The translations under genes and the position numbers were made by a program. From Actinobacteria bacterium HGW-Actinobacteria-7 (GTDB taxonomy: Bacteria; Actinomycetota; Coriobacteriia; Anaerosomatales; PHET01), in assembly GCA_002841275.1 (NCBI GenBank), contig PHET01000004.1, positions 87,289 to 151,288 of the forward strand: a stretch of DNA of 64,000 nt, given 5' to 3'. Below, in pieces: positions 56,527-64,000 of the stretch. A model generated the notes under the pieces. It searched no databases. It saw nothing but the letters and a program-made list of their open reading frames with translations, and was not told the origin of the DNA. Within the stretch, counting starts at the first letter, position 1. Each line of letters starts with the position of its first letter.

Positions 56527-59333
56527 TGGTACGCCCTCCTGCAGAAGCTCGATGCTTCGCACAGGGCGCAGGAACGACGGTTTGCTGGCGCGGGTTCGAT
56601 CCGTCTGGCGCGTATCCCCTCCACGGCGTTGGAGATCTGCATCTCCACCTCCGTCAGGAGCTCCCCGAAACGCTCGGCCGAAACCTCGTCTTTGGAGTGC
56701 ACGGTGGGGTCCGCCGAGGCCAAATCCACATTCCAGAACCCCCTGATCACCCCAGTGGGCAGCGAGCGGTACACTCCCGCGACAGCTGGCGCTGCAAACC
56801 CTGTCGATGCAGCGCGCGCGTAGACAACGCACTGGATGATGCGGTGCCCTGCAAAGCCGGCCTGCCCGTGGACCACCGAGGCCGACTTGTAGTCGGTCAC
56901 GACAATCCCCTCCGGCCCCTGGTCGATTCTGTCTACCTTTCCGCGGAGAGCAACGCCCGCGATCTCGAACGCCAGTCCCGAATCTCCCCCGAATGCCCAC
57001 TCGTGAGCCGCCGTTTCGAACCCTTCAAGCATGTCCACGTCCTGCTCGATTGCCGCCTTGACCCAAGAGCGGGCCGCCGAGGCCGAGAGCTCCTCTTTCA
57101 GCCCCCGCGTCTGCCACTCAGGATCAAGCTGCAGCGCGGTAACCACCTCCTCAAGGAGGTTCAGCGCATCAGGAAGGTTCTCGGCGGTGACCCTCGAGTG
57201 TCCCCTCTCTGTGAATATCTGGTAAAAGCCGGCGAGCATCGCGTGGGCGTAGGAACCGCGACTCCGGGCATCGAACCTTCTGTCTACGTCCACAGGCCGA
57301 AGTACCCGGCTGTAGAACCACCTGTACGGACAGTCGAGGTAGGTCTCCAGCTCAGTGACTGAGAACTCATCGGCACTTGGCCACGTCTCATTGGCCTGGG
57401 AGACCCGTCCTCTTGACAGACCCGGCGCATCCAATCGGCCTTCCGCTGCCAGCTCTCGAGCCTCGCGACGATTCAGCGTCAGTGCCGGCGCCGCATGTTC
57501 GAGCTCACCGAGCGTCATCCTGTAGGACACTTCGAGCTGGCCGTCTTCTCCCATGGCGGCCTGAGCGGGGGTCCGGTAGAGGTCTCTGATCTCCTCCCAG
57601 AAGACAGATGGCCTGCGCGCACCACCGGACGCATCAGAGGACTGTCTGACCAGTTCGAGCCGCTTGCGCGCGCGGGTGACGACCAGATAGAAGAGCATGC
57701 GCTCAGCCAGTCGCTCATCCATCCCCGCCGATAGTCCCATCCCCCCCAGCAGCGTCGCCGCAAGCGGCTCCGGCTTCTCGGACGAGAACTCGTCGGCGGT
57801 AAGTCCGCCCAACACCACGGCGTCAAAGCTCCGCGATCGAATCCTATGGGCATCGGTGACCTGGACTGTTCCAGGTCGCTCCGCTGAACCGGTTGATACC
57901 ATGGATTGTGCGAGACTCATCAGCAGATTGATTCCGCTCACCGCGACACCTGAAGCCGCCATCAACGCCACGGTCTCCATGATTCTCCCGTGCACCGCCG
58001 CGTCTATACGCACATCGGCCTCGTGACGACGTCGCTCTTCGCTCGCAACCGACAGCATTGTCGATACCATTTCCTGCCATTTCTCGACGGTCTCCTCTGT
58101 GACCGTGCGCCGGAGAACGTCCTCCGCCAACTGGATCACTCGCCCCGTCATCGGGCTCAGCTTTGAAGCGTGTGACAGAAGGCGTCCGGGGTCGTCCACG
58201 CGAGTGCGTCGCCAGCGGCTGTCGAGTTCGTCCACGGCCTGCGCAGGAACATCGGAAAACGGGCCTCTCAGCAAGTGAAGTAGCTCCTCGCGGCCGCGTG
58301 AGCCGCTGACGGCTCCAGCCAGCGAAAGCAATGCACTTCCCAGTGGCGTTGCTGAGAACTCTGACTGGAACTCCACCGAAAACGGCACTCCCTCAGCCCA
58401 CAGGGCAGCTTCGACGAGGTCCCTGTGACGTGAAAGATCCCTGAAGACGACAGCCACTTGACCGGGTTCGACGCCGTCTCCAATCGCCCTCGCGGCCGCG
58501 GCTGCCACCAGAACCGCCTCCGCCTCAGCTCCTGAAGCTTCCGAGAGCACAACAGAACCGCCAGGCGCGATGGCCGATTGCGGCGCATACAGCGTGGCTT
58601 CGAGTAGCTCCAACTCATCCGAGGGGGCTGACGGCCGGTGCATCCGCATGTGCAAACTGGCGATTTCTGCCAATTGCTCCGCAATGGGGGTCAGCGCCTC
58701 ACAGGCGGCAAACCCCTCTTCCCATGTGAGCGCTACGACGACCTCGTTGCGCTGAGCCAGCTTGCCGATGAAAGCGATCTGTGCCGCCGAAAGATCCGTA
58801 AATCGGTCCCACGCAATTGTGAAACCGGCTACGGCCTCCGACGCGGAGAGCTGCTTCACGGCCTCCCCGGGCTCAATCAGACCGTGGTCAAAGAGAAGCT
58901 GCTCGTAGGCCTGGAGGATTCTCTCGACGGACTCTCCGGCCCGTCCAGCGCCCCGTCCGCGAACCAGCCCGGCGGAGCGAGCAGCCATGCGCGCCACGAG
59001 CTCTACCGTGCCTGGGCTTTGAGATGCTCGTCCCAGCATGGACTCGCCCGCAGGGCAGGCCTGGGCGACGAGATTGCGTCGCAAGACCGTAGATACCAGC
59101 TGCCGTCCATCCCCCTGCTGGCGCCACAGAGACTCGAGCCACTGCTCGAAGGTGGTGATGTCTATGCCCACGGCAACCGTCGAGGCGAATCTCTCGCGTG
59201 CGCGACGAACGTCTGCGAAACCGGGCAGGATCAGAACCGACTCCCGACCCTCACGAACACCTCGCTCCACCCGATCTCGTATGACCCCACTGACTCCACA
59301 GCCAGCACGTCCTGTAATCAGCTCAAGCCCCAT
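56523..59333 (-). CDS. addB: helicase-nuclease subunit B (AddB-type, degenerate Walker A, Fe-S staple Cys)
   Basis: Trimmed to the ATG at 59333. GRAGCGVSG is a degenerate P-loop. YLDCPYRWF and the C-terminal CALCEASSFC are also present. Confidence 0.85.
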   Translation of the reverse strand: MGLELITGRAGCGVSGVIRDRVERGVREGRESVLILPGFADVRRARERFASTVAVGIDITTFEQWLESLWRQQGDGRQLVSTVLRRNLVAQACPAGESMLGRASQSPGTVELVARMAARSAGLVRGRGAGRAGESVERILQAYEQLLFDHGLIEPGEAVKQLSASEAVAGFTIAWDRFTDLSAAQIAFIGKLAQRNEVVVALTWEEGFAACEALTPIAEQLAEIASLHMRMHRPSAPSDELELLEATLYAPQSAIAPGGSVVLSEASGAEAEAVLVAAAAARAIGDGVEPGQVAVVFRDLSRHRDLVEAALWAEGVPFSVEFQSEFSATPLGSALLSLAGAVSGSRGREELLHLLRGPFSDVPAQAVDELDSRWRRTRVDDPGRLLSHASKLSPMTGRVIQLAEDVLRRTVTEETVEKWQEMVSTMLSVASEERRRHEADVRIDAAVHGRIMETVALMAASGVAVSGINLLMSLAQSMVSTGSAERPGTVQVTDAHRIRSRSFDAVVLGGLTADEFSSEKPEPLAATLLGGMGLSAGMDERLAERMLFYLVVTRARKRLELVRQSSDASGGARRPSVFWEEIRDLYRTPAQAAMGEDGQLEVSYRMTLGELEHAAPALTLNRREARELAAEGRLDAPGLSRGRVSQANETWPSADEFSVTELETYLDCPYRWFYSRVLRPVDVDRRFDARSRGSYAHAMLAGFYQIFTERGHSRVTAENLPDALNLLEEVVTALQLDPEWQTRGLKEELSASAARSWVKAAIEQDVDMLEGFETAAHEWAFGGDSGLAFEIAGVALRGKVDRIDQGPEGIVVTDYKSASVVHGQAGFAGHRIIQCVVYARAASTGFAAPAVAGVYRSLPTGVIRGFWNVDLASADPTVHSKDEVSAERFGELLTEVEMQISNAVEGIRARRIEPAPANRRSCALCEASSFCRRAYQ

Positions 59334-59372
59334 GCGTCCTCCTCGCACGAAGGCTCTCACGCACCTCTGACA

Positions 59373-59669
59373 TCAGGGCGTTTGGGTCTGCGTGTATCCT
59401 TCTAGGCCCTCTCGTATCTCTTTCACTCTGCGCCACGCGACCTCTTCATCCCGTCCAAGATAGTGCTCGACACGGCCTCCAATGACCTCTGCGGCATGCT
59501 CGGCCCGCTCAGCTATCGACCGAGCGACCTCTGCGGCCCGCAGAGCCTCGCTGGCAAGGCGCTGTCGTGTCTTCGCGCCACTGGACGGGGCCACCAATAG
59601 GCCCGCCAAGAAGCCCGCCGCCGTTCCGGCAATGACTCCAATAGCAAAATATTCCAGATTCCTCCTCAT
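59373..59669 (-). CDS. YtxH domain protein
   Basis: 98 aa. Contains GVIAGTAAGFLAGLLVAPSSGAKTRQ. Confidence 0.7.
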   Translation of the reverse strand: MRRNLEYFAIGVIAGTAAGFLAGLLVAPSSGAKTRQRLASEALRAAEVARSIAERAEHAAEVIGGRVEHYLGRDEEVAWRRVKEIREGLEGYTQTQTP

Positions 59670-60541
59670 TCGGCGACCTCCTCAACTGCGATCTCCCCTT
59701 GGGTGATGAGCGCGAAGATCCGCTCAAGGTCGTCTTCCCCCCGGAACTCGATCTCGATCTTGTTCTTGTCCTTGCCCAGCTTGACCCTGACGTTTGTGCC
59801 AAAGAGCCGACGCAACCTTCGCGCGATGACCTTGAATGACTTCGGTGTCATGGGCCGAGGCTCTCGAGCCACACTCCCGGCCGCAAACAACCGAGCTAGG
59901 TTCTCTGCCTCCCTCACAGACAGACCGTCCGAAACGATCTTCTCTGCAAGCTTCATTCGTGTGGCCTCCTCAGGTACAGAGAGAACCGCGCGTGCGTGTC
60001 CCGCTGTGAGCGAGCCGGCGTACACCATCTCCTGGACCTCTTCTGGCAAGTCAAGGAGCCGCAGGGCATTCGTGATAGCGGACCGCGACTTCGATACCTT
60101 GTCGGCGAGTTCCGCCTGAGTCATTTGATGCTCTGCCAGTAGCTTTTTGTACCCGCGCGCCTCTTCAATGGAGTTCAGATCGTCTCGCTGTAAGTTCTCG
60201 ATAAGGGCGATTTCCAGGGATTCGGAATCGCTCGCACTCAATACTCGGACAGGCACACGCTCCAGCCCAGCGGCTCGACACGCGCGCCATCTGCGTTCGC
60301 CGGCGATGATCTGGTATCCGTCGCCAAGCGGCCGGACGATAATCGGCTGAAGTAGCCCGACTTTGCTGATGGAATCGCTGAGTTCGGCAATTCCGTCTTC
60401 ATCCATGTCAGTACGTGGCTGCTCCGGGTTGGGTGAGATTATCTCGATTGCGAGCTCGCGCACATCCTCGCTTGTGTGTGACTCCTGAGAAGCACTCGGG
60501 ATGAGAGCAGAGAGTCCACGGCCAAGTCCACGCTTAGACAC
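59666..60541 (-). CDS. parB: chromosome partitioning protein ParB/Spo0J
   Basis: Contains GLGRGLSALIP, GERRWRA and an HTH region. Confidence 0.9.
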   Translation of the reverse strand: MSKRGLGRGLSALIPSASQESHTSEDVRELAIEIISPNPEQPRTDMDEDGIAELSDSISKVGLLQPIIVRPLGDGYQIIAGERRWRACRAAGLERVPVRVLSASDSESLEIALIENLQRDDLNSIEEARGYKKLLAEHQMTQAELADKVSKSRSAITNALRLLDLPEEVQEMVYAGSLTAGHARAVLSVPEEATRMKLAEKIVSDGLSVREAENLARLFAAGSVAREPRPMTPKSFKVIARRLRRLFGTNVRVKLGKDKNKIEIEFRGEDDLERIFALITQGEIAVEEVAE

Positions 60542-61331
60542 GATCCATCACTTCCTTCGCGAGGCTACGATACGCAATCGCGCCCTTGCCATTGGGGTCG
60601 TAGATCGTCACCGGCTGACCGAAGCTCGGCGCTTCAGACAATCGAACGGTTCTAGGAATCAACGTTGCGAATACTTCGGTCTCGAAGAAGTCGCGGACTT
60701 CGTCAACCACCTGGCCCGCCAACCGCGTCCTGGAGTCGAACATCGTCATCACGACGCCAAAGACCTCAAGGGCAGGATTCAAATGGGTCTTCACGAGCCG
60801 GATGCTGTCCAGTAGCTTCGACAGACCCTCCAGCGCGTAGTACTCGCACTGAATCGGGATGATGAGCCCGTCCGCAGTGGTTAGGGCATTGATCGTCAGA
60901 AGCCCGAGCGAGGGCGGGCAGTCGATGATCACAAAGTCGAAATCGTCGAGCACCGGCGCCATGATCGTCTTGAGACGCGTCTCCCGGCTCATAGCAGAGA
61001 CCAATTCGATTTCCGCTCCGGCGAGCTGAATCGTCGCAGGGACCACAAAAACCCCGGGGGATTCCACCGGCTCGATGATGGTTTCGATGGAGGTGTCCCC
61101 GAGAAGTGCGTCATACACACACAGCTCGCGTTGGTTCTTGTTCAGACCGAAGCCTGACGTCGCGTTCCCTTGGGGATCAAGGTCGACTAGGAGTATCTTC
61201 TGGCCGGCCTCACCTAGCGCGGCCGACAAGTTGACGGCCGTAGTGCTCTTTCCGACTCCACCCTTCTGGTTCACAACTGCAAATACTCTAGCCGGACCAG
61301 TGCGAGCACGATCATTCGTTCTGGCGACCAC
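60534..61331 (-). CDS. parA: chromosome partitioning ATPase ParA/Soj
   Basis: Deviant Walker A NQKGGVGKSTT. Confidence 0.9.
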   Translation of the reverse strand: MVARTNDRARTGPARVFAVVNQKGGVGKSTTAVNLSAALGEAGQKILLVDLDPQGNATSGFGLNKNQRELCVYDALLGDTSIETIIEPVESPGVFVVPATIQLAGAEIELVSAMSRETRLKTIMAPVLDDFDFVIIDCPPSLGLLTINALTTADGLIIPIQCEYYALEGLSKLLDSIRLVKTHLNPALEVFGVVMTMFDSRTRLAGQVVDEVRDFFETEVFATLIPRTVRLSEAPSFGQPVTIYDPNGKGAIAYRSLAKEVMDRV

Positions 61332-61365
61332 ACGCCCCCCTCTCGAAGATCAGACAGCACGCCGA

Positions 61366-62139
61366 TTATAGTTCAGAGCCCGCCTGACGGGAACCCGCTT
61401 TGAACAGCGGCTCTCGTTGCGCCATACCTGTCCTTCGCGGCAACTTCACTATGCTCTTGCCGGTCCTGACTACCGTGACAATAGTTCGCGCCTCGCCGTC
61501 TTGTGGCAGAACTTCACGCCGTGTCGAGACAACCTCCATGCCGGTCATGCGAGCGGTGTCTCGAGCAACTTCCAGCTCCGCCTCGGTAATCGGGCCCTTC
61601 AGGGCAACGAGGGCGCCTTCTGGACGCAGAAGCGGCGAGGCCAGCTCCACAAGCGATCCCAATTGGCTGAGGGCCCGAGCTGTGACCAGGGAAGCCTGGC
61701 CGCCAAACCGGAGTGCGTACTCCTCCGCACGAACCGGCTCCACCGTGACCCTCTCCGACCATGCCGATGTGGACTGTTGGATGAACTGCGCCAGCAGTCT
61801 CGCCTTCTTCTGGACGGACTCTACCAGGACCGTATCTCTCCCGCTGGCAATCGCAAGTGGAATCCCCGGGAATCCTCCGCCGCTGCCTAGGTCACACATC
61901 AGCCCCTCGCGCAGTGACATCACTTCCGGGAGGGCGATGAGCGAATCCACGATGTGCAGCCTGATGGCCTCCATTGGATCCGTAATTGTGGTCAGGTTTA
62001 TACGACCATTCCACTCCAGAACGAAATCCAGATGCTCCAGCATCAGTTGCTGACTGTCTTCGCCGACCTCAACCCCGAGTTCGAGACCGCAGAGAAGCCG
62101 CTGGAGGTACTTCCTATGGGTGGAATCCAGATGTTTCAC
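61366..62139 (-). CDS. rsmG: 16S rRNA m7G methyltransferase RsmG (GidB)
   Basis: Contains LEWNGRINLTTI and DLGSGGGFPGIPLA. The start is uncertain: GTG 62139 (inside a parS) or ATG 62196. The 364-aa track ORF is over-extended. Confidence 0.8.
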   Translation of the reverse strand: MKHLDSTHRKYLQRLLCGLELGVEVGEDSQQLMLEHLDFVLEWNGRINLTTITDPMEAIRLHIVDSLIALPEVMSLREGLMCDLGSGGGFPGIPLAIASGRDTVLVESVQKKARLLAQFIQQSTSAWSERVTVEPVRAEEYALRFGGQASLVTARALSQLGSLVELASPLLRPEGALVALKGPITEAELEVARDTARMTGMEVVSTRREVLPQDGEARTIVTVVRTGKSIVKLPRRTGMAQREPLFKAGSRQAGSEL

Positions 62140-62147
62140 GTGAAACC
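62132..62147. other. parS-like site (15/16 match)
   Basis: TGTTTCACGTGAAACC compared with the consensus TGTTNCACGTGAAACA. Confidence 0.75.
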
Positions 62148-62179
62148 TCCTCGGACTGCATCTTACTTCATCGGCCAGA

Positions 62180-62195
62180 TGTTTCACGTGAAACA
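62180..62195. other. parS centromere site (perfect palindrome)
   Basis: TGTTTCACGTGAAACA, extended to the 20-bp palindrome GATGTTTCACGTGAAACATC (62178-62197). Confidence 0.9.
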
Positions 62196-62320
62196 TCTGT
62201 CGGTCGGGTCCCATCGGTTGACTTCGCCGGGCAACGAGGACGAATCCCCTTGCATCGAGGCGTCTTGTCACAGCCCGCGCACCGCTCGGTGCAATGCCAT
62301 GGGACTCGCCGTGGCTGAAG

Positions 62321-62352
62321 TACCAAACAAAAGGGGCGCCCTTAGGCGCCCC
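62321..62352 (-). terminator. intrinsic terminator after jag
   Basis: The minus strand reads GGGGCGCC-uaag-GGCGCCCC followed by UUUUGUUUGG. Confidence 0.75.
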
Positions 62353-62374
62353 AGATACATCCTCTTGCCAATCC

Positions 62375-63124
62375 CTACTTTGGAGCGATGACGACCTGGC
62401 GAAACGGATCTGCTCCATCGCTCGCCGTCGTGACACGCTTGTCGCCTCGCAATGCAACATGCACTACACGCCGTTCATATGCGGTCATGGGTCGCAACCT
62501 CACGGCCATGTGCTGGCGTGCGGCACGATCTGCGGCCCGGCGTGCGATGTCTTCGATCTTCTGACGCCGGCGATGCCTATACCCTTCCACATCGACGACC
62601 ACTGGGTATCTGAATCCGCTCTGGTGGGTGGTAATCGCCCCAACGGCAGTCTGCAATGCATCGAGGGTCTTGCCGTGCCTCCCGATGAGAAGACCGTAAT
62701 CGCCGCCTACAACGTCCAGGATGATCTCGCCTTCGTCACCTTCATACTCCTCGACCGTTGCATTCTCAATCCCAAAACAACCGAGAACGCTCCGCAGAGC
62801 GGCGACCGCAATATCGGCAACTCGATCTAGCTCCTCGTCCGAGAGGTCGGCCGAGTCCCCCAGTTGCAGTTCCACAGGCAGCGGCTCGTCGTCGCTCTCC
62901 TCCTCGGAACTCTGCTCATTGGGCTGAGTGAGCTCGGCAAGCACCTCGGGCCTCACCCAGACCCTCACCTTGGCCTGTTGGCTCGAACCGATGCCGAACA
63001 TCTTCTTTCCGGGCTCCTCCAGCACTTCATACTGCACAGAATCTTGCTGTACGCCAAGCTCTTCAAGAGCCGCATCGACCGCCTCTTCGACGGTTGGCGC
63101 CTGCTTAACACACTCTCGATCCAT
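62375..63124 (-). CDS. jag: Jag/KhpB (EloR) RNA-binding protein (Jag_N, KH, R3H)
   Basis: Trimmed to the ATG at 63124. VEEAVDAALEELG is the Jag_N part; the R3H part ends in YERRVVH. Confidence 0.85.
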   Translation of the reverse strand: MDRECVKQAPTVEEAVDAALEELGVQQDSVQYEVLEEPGKKMFGIGSSQQAKVRVWVRPEVLAELTQPNEQSSEEESDDEPLPVELQLGDSADLSDEELDRVADIAVAALRSVLGCFGIENATVEEYEGDEGEIILDVVGGDYGLLIGRHGKTLDALQTAVGAITTHQSGFRYPVVVDVEGYRHRRRQKIEDIARRAADRAARQHMAVRLRPMTAYERRVVHVALRGDKRVTTASDGADPFRQVVIAPK

Positions 63125-63154
63125 ATCGCACGCATCCTTTCGGACAGCGGACAC

Positions 63155-63949
63155 TTATGACGGCTTCCTGTTCTTAGAGCCCTTCTTCGCTTTTGACTCC
63201 GCAACATTCGGAGACTGCACGAGAACCACTTCCTGGGCCTTAGCTCTCTTGGCCATTCCCATGGTGATCTGCTGCTGTGCAACGCCCCACAGGCTCGAGA
63301 TGTCCCAGTAGAGCAGCACGCCTGCGGGAGCACTCCAGCCGAAGAACAACATCATGACCCCCATGTAGGCGCCTATCATCTTTTGCTGCTTCTCTCCGGG
63401 CATGAGCGCCTGGGGTAGCCACACGCTGAGACCGAAGAGGATGACAAGGAGGATGTAGGGGATCGCGGCGATTGCCCCGAGTTTAGGATCAGAGTAGACC
63501 TGCTTCGGCGTACTGGCAATATTTGGAATTAGAAAGTAGAACTGCCCGGTGATGTGATTCTCCAGGAAGAACTTCATCAGCACTCCGGGCCTGGCTGCCG
63601 TTCCACCAAGCACTCGATACAGCGCGAACATCAGCGGCATCTGGAGAAGGGCCGGCAAGCAGCCCCCTAGGGGGTTCACCTTGTTCTCCTGGTAGAACTT
63701 GAGTGTCTCTTCTTGAAGCTTCTCTTTGTCGTCCTTGTACTTGGCCTGCAGTTCCTTGATCTTGGGCTGGATCTCCTGCATCTCAAGCATCGACTTGGTC
63801 TGCTTCAAGGTCAGGGGCATCAGCGCGAGACGCACGAGCACCGTAAGAACGATGATTGCGAGACCCCAGTCTCCGACCACGCCTTCAATCTGCTGCAGGA
63901 ATACGAAGATGGCCTGCTGAAAGGCTTGCCACAAAGCACCAATACCCAT
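63155..63949 (-). CDS. yidC: membrane protein insertase YidC (short Gram-positive type)
   Basis: 264 aa in the conserved position between yidD and jag. Typical KMQ..QPK..ELQ.KYK and NPLGGCLP motifs. Confidence 0.9.
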   Translation of the reverse strand: MGIGALWQAFQQAIFVFLQQIEGVVGDWGLAIIVLTVLVRLALMPLTLKQTKSMLEMQEIQPKIKELQAKYKDDKEKLQEETLKFYQENKVNPLGGCLPALLQMPLMFALYRVLGGTAARPGVLMKFFLENHITGQFYFLIPNIASTPKQVYSDPKLGAIAAIPYILLVILFGLSVWLPQALMPGEKQQKMIGAYMGVMMLFFGWSAPAGVLLYWDISSLWGVAQQQITMGMAKRAKAQEVVLVQSPNVAESKAKKGSKNRKPS

Positions 63950-63976
63950 GGTCAGTGTTCTCCTTGGTGCGCGCCC

Positions 63977-64000
63977 CTAGGGCACGGGATCGTAGCCGCC
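63977..64000 (-). CDS. yidD: YidD (membrane protein insertion efficiency factor), last 7 codons only
   Basis: The minus strand reads GGC GGC TAC GAT CCC GTG CCC TAG, giving GGYDPVP*, the characteristic YidD C-terminus. The rest lies beyond the window. Confidence 0.7.
   Translation of the reverse strand, partial: GGYDPVP

Noticed and set aside
62128-62200. The duplicated peptide FHVKHL in the long rsmG ORF, which looks like a protein repeat.
   Set aside because: It is the translation of two parS palindromes (TGTTTCACGTGAAACA), so it is a DNA-level feature and not a protein motif.
62140-62374. oriC or DnaA-box cluster in the jag-rsmG intergenic region.
   Set aside because: I found no TTATCCACA/TGTGGATAA-like boxes there. 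The region is accounted for by the jag terminator, two parS sites and the rsmG promoter. oriC is probably beyond the right edge, near dnaA.
1-64000. CRISPR arrays, transposases or integrases, prophage genes, and tRNA or rRNA genes.
   Set aside because: Intergenic space is short; the longest gaps are about 670, 410, 270 and 260 bp and are explained by riboswitch or promoter regions. I saw no spaced direct repeats, no recombinase motifs and no tRNA-like T-arm in intergenic DNA. A tRNAscan or CRISPR-finder run would be the definitive check.

Overview
This is a high-GC chromosomal segment (roughly mid-60s % G+C by eye) from a bacterium with Gram-positive-type gene content. My guess is Actinomycetota, Coriobacteriia-like, but that is inference only. 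All homology calls come from motifs I recognised by reading the translations; no searches were run.

The right end carries the origin-proximal block parB-parA-rsmG-jag-yidC-yidD on the minus strand, with two parS palindromes. I count about 55 protein genes. I found no rRNA, tRNA, CRISPR array or recognisable mobile element.

Main blocks, left to right:
- An HD-GYP-like gene (partial) and a DEDDh exonuclease.
- A cbb3-type oxidase cluster: ccoN, a CcoO fused to four extra cytochrome c domains, ccoS, a DsbD_2-like membrane protein and a ccoI Cu-ATPase.
- A low-GC orphan gene.
- An acyltransferase and an SbcD/YhaN-like nuclease-ATPase pair.
- An ABC importer.
- An M-box riboswitch controlling an MgtE-sensor-like membrane protein and an NRAMP-related Mg transporter.
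- Cell-wall and stress genes.
- A T-box leader controlling an aminotransferase and an atypical Ddl-like ligase.
- dinG.
- L-serine dehydratase subunits split by a 7 kb block containing feoAB, a GGDEF-EAL gene and others.
- A canonical ddl, an MFS transporter and htrA.
- A membrane-anchored multiheme cytochrome, a reverse rubrerythrin, rlmN and addAB.

The best candidates for something new are the T-box/aminotransferase/variant-Ddl operon and the M-box/MgtE-chimera/NRMT operon. Many long antisense ORFs in the track are high-GC shadow ORFs and were discarded.
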